The position numbers and the translations under genes were made by a program. Below are positions 9,275 to 17,320 of a stretch of DNA of 39,398 nt, in pieces. The stretch is from Frankiales bacterium. Its GTDB lineage: Bacteria > Actinomycetota > Actinomycetes > JAWWOL01. Location of the stretch: assembly GCA_033851695.1 (NCBI GenBank), contig JAWWOL010000007.1, positions 1-39,398 of the forward strand. The letters are read 5' to 3'. Each line of letters starts with the position of its first letter. The first letter of the stretch is position 1. The notes under the pieces are model-generated. The model saw only the letters and a program-made list of their open reading frames with translations. It did no database searches and was not told where the DNA came from.

Positions 9275-9275
9275 C

Positions 9276-9551
9276 ATGGCGACCCCGACGTTGGGCCCGC
9301 CCCACGCACCAGCGCCGGCCCGACCCGATCGACCCGAGTCGGGCCGGCGCTTCCAACCTGCCCGACGGCTAGCCAGACTGCTGAACAAGACGGGTTGGGG
9401 TCGCGGCGGACCAGCGCTCGAGGCGCGGGCTACGTCAGGCCCGAGGGTCGACAACGGCGATGTCGAACAGGTCCGCGAACATCAACTCCGGGAACAGCTC
9501 GACGGGTCGGCGGTCCTGGCCGGTAGCCCCTTGGCGTGGATGAGTTGCTGA
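9276..9551 (+). CDS. Small hypothetical protein (91 aa)
   Basis: ATG directly after the repeat-rich, promoter-like region. It fills most of the gap between csnK and dedA. No recognisable family. Confidence 0.35.
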   Translation: MATPTLGPPHAPAPARPDRPESGRRFQPARRLARLLNKTGWGRGGPALEARATSGPRVDNGDVEQVREHQLREQLDGSAVLAGSPLAWMSC

Positions 9552-9635
9552 CCTTATCGCCCGCAACTCATGCACGGCGGGAAAAGCGTCCCCGCCAGGG
9601 TGCCCCGGCGATGCCCGCGATTGTTCAGCAGTCTC

Positions 9636-10247
9636 CTAGTCGGCCCGGCGGCGGCGGACGATGACCACCACCACGACGGCCACGATGAGCACCCCGAAGA
9701 AGATCTCGCTGGCGGTGCCGGCGACCTTCTGGACCTTCTGGTAGCTCGCGCCGGCGAGGTAGCCCAGCACCGTGAACCCGATCGCCCAGACCGCGCCGCC
9801 GATGGCGTTGAAGGCCAGGAACCGTCGGTAGGGCATCTTGGCGGTCCCGGCGAGCCCGGGCATGACCGCTCGCAGGAACGCGGTGAACCGGCCGAGGAAG
9901 ACCGCCCGCCCCCCGTTGCGCTTCAGGGCCGCCTGGCCCTTCTCCAGGCTCTCCCGGTGCCGATCGAACACGCCCAGCCGGAGCAGCCGGGTGCCGAAGT
10001 GCCGGCCGACCTCGTACCCCACGCTGTCACCGATGATCGCCGCCGCCACGGCGACGATGATCACGACGGCGAGCGACACGCTGTGCCGCTCGGCGAGGAC
10101 CCCACCGAGGAGCACAGCAGTCTCGCCCGGCAGCACGAAGCCGACGAAGAGGGCGGCCTCGGCAAAGACCAGGGCACCCACCAGCGCGTACGCCGGTGCA
10201 CCGTGCAGCGTGAGGATCTGGTCGACGGTGGAGCTGACAACGCTCAT
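9636..10247 (-). CDS. DedA/SNARE-associated (VTT) family membrane protein
   Basis: FAEAALFVGFVLPGET, GDSVGYEVGR, FLGRFTAFLR and AGTAKMPYRRF motifs. Confidence 0.93.
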   Translation of the reverse strand: MSVVSSTVDQILTLHGAPAYALVGALVFAEAALFVGFVLPGETAVLLGGVLAERHSVSLAVVIIVAVAAAIIGDSVGYEVGRHFGTRLLRLGVFDRHRESLEKGQAALKRNGGRAVFLGRFTAFLRAVMPGLAGTAKMPYRRFLAFNAIGGAVWAIGFTVLGYLAGASYQKVQKVAGTASEIFFGVLIVAVVVVVIVRRRRAD

Positions 10248-10259
10248 CGTTCGCTCACG

Positions 10260-11429
10260 CTACCGGACCTGTGCCGGGTCGCCTATCGGCGGCGCACGCA
10301 GGAACGCTGCGCCGAGGGGGCGGGACACCAGCAGGGCCGCGCCGACCACGGCGAGGCAGACCCCCAGCCGGAGGGCGCCGAGGACGCGGTCGCCCAGCGG
10401 GAGGTAGCGGCACAGGAACAGCGCGCCGAAGACGAGCCACGACCAGGCGGGAAAGTCACGGCCAATGCGCGCGTGGACGTCCCAGATCACCGCTCCGAGC
10501 AGGATGGCCGCCGTGTAGTAGCTGTAGACACCGGGGTCAAGGGCGATCCTCGCGGCCGCGGCCACCATCACCGCGGCGGCCCACCGCCCCCGCAGCACGG
10601 CGACGCCGCCGAGCACCAGCCCCAGCGCGAACTGCGCCGGCCGGTCCCAGGACGGAGTGGTGACAGCGGTCACCCCGAGCACCCGAAGCGAGGACGCCGG
10701 ACTGTTGGGGATCCCGAACCTGGCGGCGGTCAGTGTCGCCGGGTCGGCCGCGACGAACAGGGCGGCGGTGAGGACGACCGGGACAACCGCCCAGGCTGTC
10801 GTACGGAGCCGGCGGCCGGCCGGGACAGCCCAGGCGAGCGGCAGGAACGCGATCGCCCACGGCTTGGACAGCGTGGCCAGGGCCAACAGCACGCCCACCG
10901 AGGTCGACCCGCCGCGGACGACTGCTCTCACGGCGAGGGCGGTGAACGTCAGTGCCAGGACGTCGTCGAGGTGGGCGAAGCGTACGGACAGGTCGACCCA
11001 GGCGGGCACGAACACCACACCGGCGAGGAACACCCTGCGCTGCAGCCGCTTTCGCGCCGCTGGGCCGACCGAACGTCTGGTGTCGTGCTCGAGGACGAGC
11101 AGCGCGCCCAGCCCGAGCAGCGTCATCGCCAGCTCGGCCGCGGTTGCGCCTTCGTCACCCCACAACGTCACGAGCCGGGCAGCGACAAAGCTGAGCGGGC
11201 CGATCTGCAGCTCGGGATGGGCGGCGTAGATGTGCAGCCCGCACGAGCCGGAGCCGGAGCCGGCGGCGCAGAACAGTGCCCGGCTGCCCTCGACGAAGTA
11301 GTGCCAGGACTGGCCCCGGTGGGACCCGTACGCGAGGGTGCACAACGCCGCAAGCGCGAGCAGAGCGAGATGGTGCCAGTAGCGCGCGATCACCACGACG
11401 GTCCCGGACCGGGCTCCTGGCAGCTTCAT
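10260..11429 (-). CDS. Polytopic membrane protein, GT-C / GT87 (DUF2029)-like glycosyltransferase candidate
   Basis: About 9-10 hydrophobic helices, an extracytoplasmic loop YAAHPELQIGPLS, and HLDDVLAL, KPWA and YSYY motifs. The family assignment is inferred. Confidence 0.6.
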   Translation of the reverse strand: MKLPGARSGTVVVIARYWHHLALLALAALCTLAYGSHRGQSWHYFVEGSRALFCAAGSGSGSCGLHIYAAHPELQIGPLSFVAARLVTLWGDEGATAAELAMTLLGLGALLVLEHDTRRSVGPAARKRLQRRVFLAGVVFVPAWVDLSVRFAHLDDVLALTFTALAVRAVVRGGSTSVGVLLALATLSKPWAIAFLPLAWAVPAGRRLRTTAWAVVPVVLTAALFVAADPATLTAARFGIPNSPASSLRVLGVTAVTTPSWDRPAQFALGLVLGGVAVLRGRWAAAVMVAAAARIALDPGVYSYYTAAILLGAVIWDVHARIGRDFPAWSWLVFGALFLCRYLPLGDRVLGALRLGVCLAVVGAALLVSRPLGAAFLRAPPIGDPAQVR

Positions 11430-11454
11430 CGGTAAGAACCGTACGGGGCGGTGC

Positions 11455-11481
11455 GTGTGGGCCGGATGAGGGGACTATGTC
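11455..11481 (-). promoter_or_regulatory. 11-bp-period direct repeat (GACAT/CTCAT/CACAC) upstream of the GT87-like/dedA unit
   Basis: The minus strand reads GACAT-N6-CTCAT-N6-CACAC, followed by -10-like TACGGT (11443-11438) and the ATG at 11429. Confidence 0.55.
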
Positions 11482-11502
11482 GTACTGCCAGGGGATCCGG
11501 CG

Positions 11503-11534
11503 CTCATGGGAGCGACATGAGTGATCGTTAGCGT
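11503..11534 (+). promoter_or_regulatory. Direct repeat CTCAT-N6-GACAT plus -10 TAGCGT upstream of COG4705 copy 1
   Basis: Half-sites at 11503 and 11514, TAGCGT at 11529-11534, and the ATG 8 nt later with no SD (probably leaderless). Confidence 0.55.
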
Positions 11535-11542
11535 GCCCCGAC

Positions 11543-12379
11543 ATGACGTCGAAGGCCACGCTTCCCACCCGCCGCAGCATGCTGAACAAGGTTCCCGAGA
11601 TCACCATCTACTTCTGGGTGATCAAGATCCTCTGCACCACGGTGGGGGAGACCTTCGCCGACAACCTGAACCAGCAGCTCAACCTCGGGCTGACCAACAC
11701 GACGTGGGTCATGACGGCGGGGCTGGTAGTGGCACTCGCCTTCCAGTTCCGCGCGAATGCCTACGTACCAGGCGTTTATTGGCTCTCCGTGGTCCTCATC
11801 AGTGTCGTTGGCACGCTCATCACCGACAATCTCACCGACAACATGGGCGTCTCCCTGGTCACGACGACGGTGGTCTTCTCCGTCGTGCTGGCCGCGGTCT
11901 TCGCCGGCTGGTTCGCGAGTCAGCGGACCCTGTCCATCCACAGCATCACCACCCGGCGGCGTGAGGCGTGGTACTGGCTCGCCATCCTGTTCACCTTCGC
12001 GCTGGGCACCGCCGCGGGTGACCTGACCGCGGAGCGGCTCAGCGTGGGCTACTGGCAGTCCGCCCTGCTCTTCGCCGGCCTCATCGCAGCGGTCGCCGCC
12101 GTGCACTTCATCGCGCGGTGGCGGGACTCCGTCATCGATGCCCGCAGCGCGTCACAGGCGGTCCTGGCCTTCTGGCTCGCCTACATCCTCACCCGGCCAC
12201 TGGGCGCCTCCATCGGTGACTACCTGTCCCAGGCGACGGCGGACGGCGGGCTGGGCCTCGGCACCGTGGTCACCAGCGTGATCTTCCTGACCGCCATCCT
12301 GGGCATGGTCGTCTTCCTGTCCGCGACCCGGCTCGACCGCACGGAGCTCTCCGAGGAGCCCGACTTCATCTCGGCCTGA
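11543..12379 (+). CDS. COG4705 / DUF347 repeat membrane protein (copy 1)
   Basis: NKVPEITIYFWVIKILCTTVGETFAD and four internal (F/Y)W...G...D helical repeats, with TLSIHSI and ILTRPLGASIGD. Confidence 0.9.
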   Translation: MTSKATLPTRRSMLNKVPEITIYFWVIKILCTTVGETFADNLNQQLNLGLTNTTWVMTAGLVVALAFQFRANAYVPGVYWLSVVLISVVGTLITDNLTDNMGVSLVTTTVVFSVVLAAVFAGWFASQRTLSIHSITTRRREAWYWLAILFTFALGTAAGDLTAERLSVGYWQSALLFAGLIAAVAAVHFIARWRDSVIDARSASQAVLAFWLAYILTRPLGASIGDYLSQATADGGLGLGTVVTSVIFLTAILGMVVFLSATRLDRTELSEEPDFISA

Positions 12380-12388
12380 AGCACGCCG

Positions 12389-12415
12389 CTCACGTCCCAC
12401 TCATCTGCCCTACAC
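12389..12415 (+). promoter_or_regulatory. Direct repeat CTCAC-N6-CTCAT-N6-TACAC upstream of the response regulator (putative autoregulatory site)
   Basis: Half-sites at 12389, 12400 and 12411. -10-like CATCAT at 12427 and a leaderless-type ATG at 12439. Confidence 0.6.
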
Positions 12416-12438
12416 AGTCCCGGCGTCATCATTGATGG

Positions 12439-13122
12439 ATGCGCCTGCTGGTGGTCGAGGACAATGCCCGCATGGCGTCTCTGCTCCAGCGCGGGCTGAC
12501 GGAGGAGGGCTACTCCGTCGACATGACCGGTGACGGTCTCGAGGCGATGGAGTGGACCGCCACCCGCGCCTACGACGCCGTGGTCCTGGACGTCATGCTT
12601 CCCGGCGCCGACGGCTTCGAGGTGTGCGCGGACATGCGGCGCTCCGGCCGCTGGGCACCGGTGCTGATGCTGACCGCCCGCGACGAGGTCGACTGGCGCG
12701 TACGGGGCCTGGAGTGCGGGGCGGACGACTACGTGGTCAAGCCGTTCGCGTTCACCGAGCTGACCGCGAGGCTGCGGGCGCTGGTTCGCCGCGGGGCGCG
12801 CGAGCGGCCACCGACCCTGACCAACGGGCGGGTGCGCATCGACCCTTCGGGCCGCCGGGTCTGGAACGGTGACCACGAGGTCTTCCTCGCGCCGACGCAG
12901 TTCGACCTGCTGGAGCTGCTGGTCCGCCATCCGGGCGAGGTCTTCAGCCGGTCCCGGCTGCTCGCCGAGGTGTGGGACATCGCCGCGGACCCGCGCAGCA
13001 ACGTGGTCGACCAGCACATCGGCAGCCTGCGGCGCCGGTTGCAGGAGTCGACCAGCTGGGACGACCTCGAGACGGTACGGGGCATCGGCTACCGGCTCCG
13101 CCCGATCCCAGCCGCGGACTGA
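12439..13122 (+). CDS. OmpR/PhoB-family response regulator
   Basis: Receiver motifs VVED, LDVMLPG, MLTAR and GADDYVVKPF, and a winged-helix C-terminus (SNVVDQHIGSLR, ETVRGIGY). Confidence 0.95.
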   Translation: MRLLVVEDNARMASLLQRGLTEEGYSVDMTGDGLEAMEWTATRAYDAVVLDVMLPGADGFEVCADMRRSGRWAPVLMLTARDEVDWRVRGLECGADDYVVKPFAFTELTARLRALVRRGARERPPTLTNGRVRIDPSGRRVWNGDHEVFLAPTQFDLLELLVRHPGEVFSRSRLLAEVWDIAADPRSNVVDQHIGSLRRRLQESTSWDDLETVRGIGYRLRPIPAAD

Positions 13123-13123
13123 C

Positions 13124-14482
13124 GTGCCGCTGCGGCTGCGGCTCACCGCGCTGTTCACCCTCGCCTCGGTCCTCGTGGTCGTCCTGGGTGGCTGGCTCTA
13201 CCTGCACCAGCTGAAGGTGGGCCTGCTCGACGCCACGGATGCGTCGGTGCTCAGCCGGGTGGTCCCGCTCCGGGACGCGCTCGGCGACCTCTCCGGAACG
13301 GCGACCGTCGCCCCGCCGCCGTCGAACAGTGACGTCGGCGGCCTGCTGACCCGGGTGGTCCGTCCGGACGGCTCGATCGCGGAGGAGTCGCCGTCGCTCG
13401 GCGGCGCCGTCCTGACCGATCCGGGGGTTCCGCGCGGAGGTGGACCGGTGCTGCGGACGAGGGAGGCCGGCGGCATCCCGTACCGCGTGCTCGTCGAGCC
13501 CGTCTCCCGGCCGGACGGGACCTGGACGGTGCTGGTGGCCGCGCCCCTGGTCGAGATGCAGGAGACCCTGGAGAGCCTGCGGCACAGCCTGTTCGTGGCC
13601 GGTGCGCTCGTGGTGCTGCTCTCTGCCATCGGGTCGTGGGCGCTGGGGTCGGCGGCGCTGCGGGCGGTCGAGCGGATGCGCCGCTCCGTCGAGACGATGA
13701 CGGCGGACGACCTGTCCGTACGCGTACGGGTGCCTGGTGGGCGGGACGAGCTGGCCGCCCTGGGCAGCACGTTCAACGCGTTGATCGACCGGCTCGCGCA
13801 CGCCCTGGCCCGGCAGCGCCGGTTCGTCGCCGACGCCGGGCACGAGCTGCGCGGGCCGCTGGCCGTGCTGCAGATGGAGCTCGAGCTGGCCGACCGCCCG
13901 CAGCGGACCCGCGAGGAGCTGGCTGCTGCGGTGCGCGCTGCTGCCGAGGAGGTCGAGCGGCTGGCCCGGCTCGCCAACGATCTGCTCTTCCTGGCCCGAT
14001 CGGACGACGGGGCGCTGCAGGTGGTCAAGGCCGACGTGCCGGTGGAGCCCCTGCTGCGCCAGGCGGTGGCCACCAGGATGCTGACCGCTTCGGCCGCGCA
14101 GGTCGCGGTCGAGGTGCTGCCGGCACCCGGGCTGCACGCCGACCTGGACGCCGACCGGGTGCGGCACGCGCTGGACAACCTGCTCGCGAACGCGGTGCGT
14201 GCGGCCGGCCCCGGCGGCCGGACGGTTGTCGAGGCGGGGGCACAGGACGGCATGACGACCATCGCCGTACGGGACAGCGGTCCCGGGTTCGCGGCGGAGT
14301 TCCTCCCTCGGGCCTTCGAGCGGTTCACCCGCCCGGACCGGGCCCGCAGCGACGACGGTGGTGGCAGCGGCCTCGGGCTCGCCATCGTCCAGGCCGTCGC
14401 AGAGGCGCACGGCGGGCACGCGACCGCGGCGAACCGTCCCGAGGGCGGGGCAGAGGTCGTCATGTATCTCCCGACCGGCTAG
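13124..14482 (+). CDS. HAMP-domain sensor histidine kinase
   Basis: Two TM helices, HAMP domain, H-box DAGHELRGPL, N-box LDNLLANA, DSGPG and GSGLGLAI. GTG start at 13124. Confidence 0.93.
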   Translation: MPLRLRLTALFTLASVLVVVLGGWLYLHQLKVGLLDATDASVLSRVVPLRDALGDLSGTATVAPPPSNSDVGGLLTRVVRPDGSIAEESPSLGGAVLTDPGVPRGGGPVLRTREAGGIPYRVLVEPVSRPDGTWTVLVAAPLVEMQETLESLRHSLFVAGALVVLLSAIGSWALGSAALRAVERMRRSVETMTADDLSVRVRVPGGRDELAALGSTFNALIDRLAHALARQRRFVADAGHELRGPLAVLQMELELADRPQRTREELAAAVRAAAEEVERLARLANDLLFLARSDDGALQVVKADVPVEPLLRQAVATRMLTASAAQVAVEVLPAPGLHADLDADRVRHALDNLLANAVRAAGPGGRTVVEAGAQDGMTTIAVRDSGPGFAAEFLPRAFERFTRPDRARSDDGGGSGLGLAIVQAVAEAHGGHATAANRPEGGAEVVMYLPTG

Positions 14483-14536
14483 CCGGGCACTGTGTGTAGC
14501 AGGGATAAGAAGACCTCAGTCCGACATATCCGGGTT

Positions 14537-14577
14537 GTTCACGGTTTGTTCGTCTGGGTCAACCTGCGTGGTCAACT
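14537..14577 (+). promoter_or_regulatory. PHO-box-like direct repeats upstream of the phosphatase-family gene
   Basis: GTTCACG (14537) and GTTCGTC (14548) at an 11-bp period, further GGTCAAC copies at 14557 and 14570, and -10-like TAGACC at 14586. These resemble actinobacterial PhoP GTTCAC units. Confidence 0.45.
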
Positions 14578-14636
14578 CCCGTCAGTAGACCTTTCCTGTG
14601 AGCCGGCAATGGACCGGCCCGGAAGGAGCTCGGGAC

Positions 14637-16292
14637 ATGACTTTCCGCTATCGACGTGTCGCCGCCGTGGCAGGTGCAGCCAGCCTGCTGGCCGCGGGTG
14701 TGTCGGTCCAGGCCGTGGCCGCGGCGCCGGCCAAGACCAGCAAGCACGTGCTGCTCATCTCCGTCGACGGGCTGCACCAGTCCGACCTCGCGTGGTACGT
14801 GAAGGCTCATCCGACCTCGGCGCTCGCCGCCCTGGTCAAGCGGGGGCGGCAGTTCAGCAATGCCAGCACGCCCTTCCCGTCCGACTCCTTCCCCGGCATG
14901 GTCGCCCAGGTGACCGGTGGCAACCCGAAGACGACCGGGGTCTACTACGACGTCTCGTACAACCATGCCCTGGACGCGCCCGGCACGGTTGACTGCACGA
15001 CGGCCCCGCACGGCACGAACGTCAACTACGACGAGTCGGCTGACCGTGACCTGACCAAGCTCGACGCCGGACAGGGCCTCGCCGGGCTGCCGGGCAGCAT
15101 CCTGTCGATGACGAGCACGCCGCAGACCCTGCTCGACCCCGCCAAGCTGCCGGTCGACCCGAAAACCTGCCTCCCGGTCTACCCGCACTCCTACCTCAAG
15201 GTGAACACGGTGTTCGAGGTCGCCCGCAGCCACGGCCTGCGTACGGCCTGGTCGGACAAGCACGCCGCCTACGACATCCTCAACGGGCCGTCGGGCACCG
15301 GGATCCAGGACCTGTTCACGCCGGAGATCAACAGTGACACCGCGACGGGGGACTGGACGACGGACAACGCCGACACCCGGCAGTACGACACGTACAAGGT
15401 GGCCGCGGTCCTCAACGAGATCAACGGTTTCGACCACTCGGGCAGCCGGCACGTGGGCGTCCCCGCGATCTTCGGCCTCAACTTCCAGAGCGTCTCGACC
15501 GCCCAGAAGCTGCCCGTCTCCGAGAACCTCGCCGGCGGCTACCTGGCCGACGGGGTGACGCCCGGCCCGCTGCTCTCCGCCACGTTGGACTACGTCAACA
15601 CTCAGATCGGCCGGCTCACCTCAGCGCTGCAGTTCCACCACCTGGCGTCGTCGACCACGGTCATCCTCTCGGCCAAGCACGGCCAGTCGCCGCAGAACGG
15701 TGCGTCGCTGACCCGGATCGACGACGGGGCGATCGTTGACGCGCTCAACGCTGCCTGGAAGGCCGCCGGTCACCACGGCGCCGACCTCGTCGCGCACGCC
15801 TCGGACGACGACGGGATGCTGGTCTGGCTCAGCGACCGCTCGCAGGCCGCCGCCAACTTCGCCGCTGCCTTCCTGCGCGGGTACGCGGGCAACGGTACGG
15901 CCACCGACGGCCGCGCCAAGGCCACCGATATCGCCGGTGCTGCGAAGGCGTACACCAGCAGTGGTCTGTCCAAGGTCTACGCCGGTGCGGCTGCGTCGAA
16001 GTTCATGGGCGTCGCGCACAGCGACCCGCGGGTGCCCGACCTGATCGGCATCGCCCAGCACGGAACGGTCTACACCGGCGGCACCGGGAAGATCGCGGAG
16101 CACGGCGGCAACGCCGCGCAGGACCGGCACGTGCCGCTCGTCGTGGCCGGACCCACCGTGCACGCCGGTGTGAGCAGCAAGCCGGTCGAGACCACGCAGA
16201 TCGCGCCGACGATCCTGTCGGTGCTGGGCATCAACCCGCGCGCCCTCAAGGCCGTCGTCGCCGAGCACACGGCGACGCTCACGCTGCACTAG
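14637..16292 (+). CDS. Secreted alkaline phosphatase superfamily protein (type I phosphodiesterase / nucleotide pyrophosphatase-like)
   Basis: Signal peptide, LLISVDGLH, nucleophile region FPSDSFPG, SAKHG, AEHGG and C-terminal TTQIAPTI. RBS GAAGGAG before the ATG at 14637. Confidence 0.85.
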   Translation: MTFRYRRVAAVAGAASLLAAGVSVQAVAAAPAKTSKHVLLISVDGLHQSDLAWYVKAHPTSALAALVKRGRQFSNASTPFPSDSFPGMVAQVTGGNPKTTGVYYDVSYNHALDAPGTVDCTTAPHGTNVNYDESADRDLTKLDAGQGLAGLPGSILSMTSTPQTLLDPAKLPVDPKTCLPVYPHSYLKVNTVFEVARSHGLRTAWSDKHAAYDILNGPSGTGIQDLFTPEINSDTATGDWTTDNADTRQYDTYKVAAVLNEINGFDHSGSRHVGVPAIFGLNFQSVSTAQKLPVSENLAGGYLADGVTPGPLLSATLDYVNTQIGRLTSALQFHHLASSTTVILSAKHGQSPQNGASLTRIDDGAIVDALNAAWKAAGHHGADLVAHASDDDGMLVWLSDRSQAAANFAAAFLRGYAGNGTATDGRAKATDIAGAAKAYTSSGLSKVYAGAAASKFMGVAHSDPRVPDLIGIAQHGTVYTGGTGKIAEHGGNAAQDRHVPLVVAGPTVHAGVSSKPVETTQIAPTILSVLGINPRALKAVVAEHTATLTLH

Positions 16293-16303
16293 GCGGTCGG
16301 AGG

Positions 16304-16344
16304 ACCCGGCACGGCGTTCGTCGCCGTGCCGGGTTCTTTGCTTT
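16304..16344 (+). terminator. Intrinsic terminator after the phosphatase gene
   Basis: 13-bp stem ACCCGGCACGGCG / CGCCGTGCCGGGT, 5-nt loop, followed by TCTTTGCTTT. Confidence 0.8.
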
Positions 16345-16345
16345 C

Positions 16346-16372
16346 CTCACGTTGATCTCATCCCGATGACAG
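16346..16372 (+). promoter_or_regulatory. Direct repeat CTCAC-N6-CTCAT-N6-GACAG upstream of COG4705 copy 2
   Basis: CTCACGT-N4-CTCATC is identical at those positions to the site upstream of the response regulator. Confidence 0.6.
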
Positions 16373-16424
16373 GTCCGGATGTTTGACTGTTGCGGTCACA
16401 GCCCGCGGGGAGAGGACCCATGCC

Positions 16425-17249
16425 ATGCCGTTGTTGGCCGATCTCCGGGCCGGCCTGCGCCAGCCCGTCGCCGCGAAAGTGCCGGAGATCACGGCAATCT
16501 TCTGGGTGATCAAGATCCTCACGACCGGCATGGGCGAGGCCACGTCGGACTGGTTGGCCGGCATCAACATCGCCTTGGCCGGCCTGGTGGGCGTCGTGGG
16601 ACTCGCAATCGCGCTGTGGCTGCAGCTTCGTACCGAACGGTACGTGGCCCCTGTCTACTGGTTCGCCGTCGTGATGGTCGCTGTCTTCGGCACGATGGCA
16701 GCGGACGGGCCGCACAAGATTCTCGGCGTGCCCTACACGGTCTCGAGCACGTTCTATGCCATTGCCGTTGCTGCAGTCCTCACCGTCTGGCACCGCAGCG
16801 AGGGCACCCTGTCCATCCACAGCATCGTGACCCAGCGCCGCGAGATCTTCTACTGGATAACGGTTCTGGCCACCTTCGCCCTCGGCACGGCAGCGGGTGA
16901 CCTGACCGCCTTCGTGTTCCACTGGGGCTACTTCCCCTCAGGCGTGTTCTTCGCGGTCGCCATCGTGCTGCCGGGACTGGCCTGGTGGAAGCTGCACCTG
17001 AACGGCGTCGTCGCCTTCTGGGCCGCGTACGTGCTCACGCGCCCACTCGGCGCCTCGTTTGCCGACTGGCTCGGCAAACCGTTCTCGAAGGCCGGCGGGC
17101 TCGGCTGGGGTGACGGCACGGTGGCAGCCCTCGTCACGGTGCTCATCGTCGCCCTTGTCGCGTACGTGGCCAAGACGCGTTCGGACATCCAGCGTCCGGA
17201 GCGAGCCGTTCTCGACGACCGCGACCTGGTACCCAACCCGGCGTCGTAA
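16425..17249 (+). CDS. COG4705 / DUF347 repeat membrane protein (copy 2)
   Basis: KVPEITAIFWVIKILTTGMGEATSD, TLSIHSI, FALGTAAGD and VLTRPLGASFAD. ATG at 16425 after GGAGAGGA. Confidence 0.9.
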   Translation: MPLLADLRAGLRQPVAAKVPEITAIFWVIKILTTGMGEATSDWLAGINIALAGLVGVVGLAIALWLQLRTERYVAPVYWFAVVMVAVFGTMAADGPHKILGVPYTVSSTFYAIAVAAVLTVWHRSEGTLSIHSIVTQRREIFYWITVLATFALGTAAGDLTAFVFHWGYFPSGVFFAVAIVLPGLAWWKLHLNGVVAFWAAYVLTRPLGASFADWLGKPFSKAGGLGWGDGTVAALVTVLIVALVAYVAKTRSDIQRPERAVLDDRDLVPNPAS

Positions 17250-17320
17250 GTCTCCAGGCGGCCGGGCCGGCGCGAGGCGGTCCGGCCGGAGCGGGCGACT
17301 CGCTTGTCGAGGGCGGGCGG

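Noticed and set aside
11245-11262. GAGCCG x3 microsatellite in the GT87-like gene
   Set aside because: It is an in-frame hexamer encoding a GSGSGS loop, with no sign of phase variation.
9570-11435. 621-aa plus-strand ORF
   Set aside because: It is antisense to dedA and the GT87-like gene, with the Arg/Gly/His-rich composition typical of non-coding frames.
9202-17320. Treating the envelope island as a mobile element
   Set aside because: No integrase, transposase, tRNA target or flanking direct repeats were seen, and base composition looks similar to the flanks.
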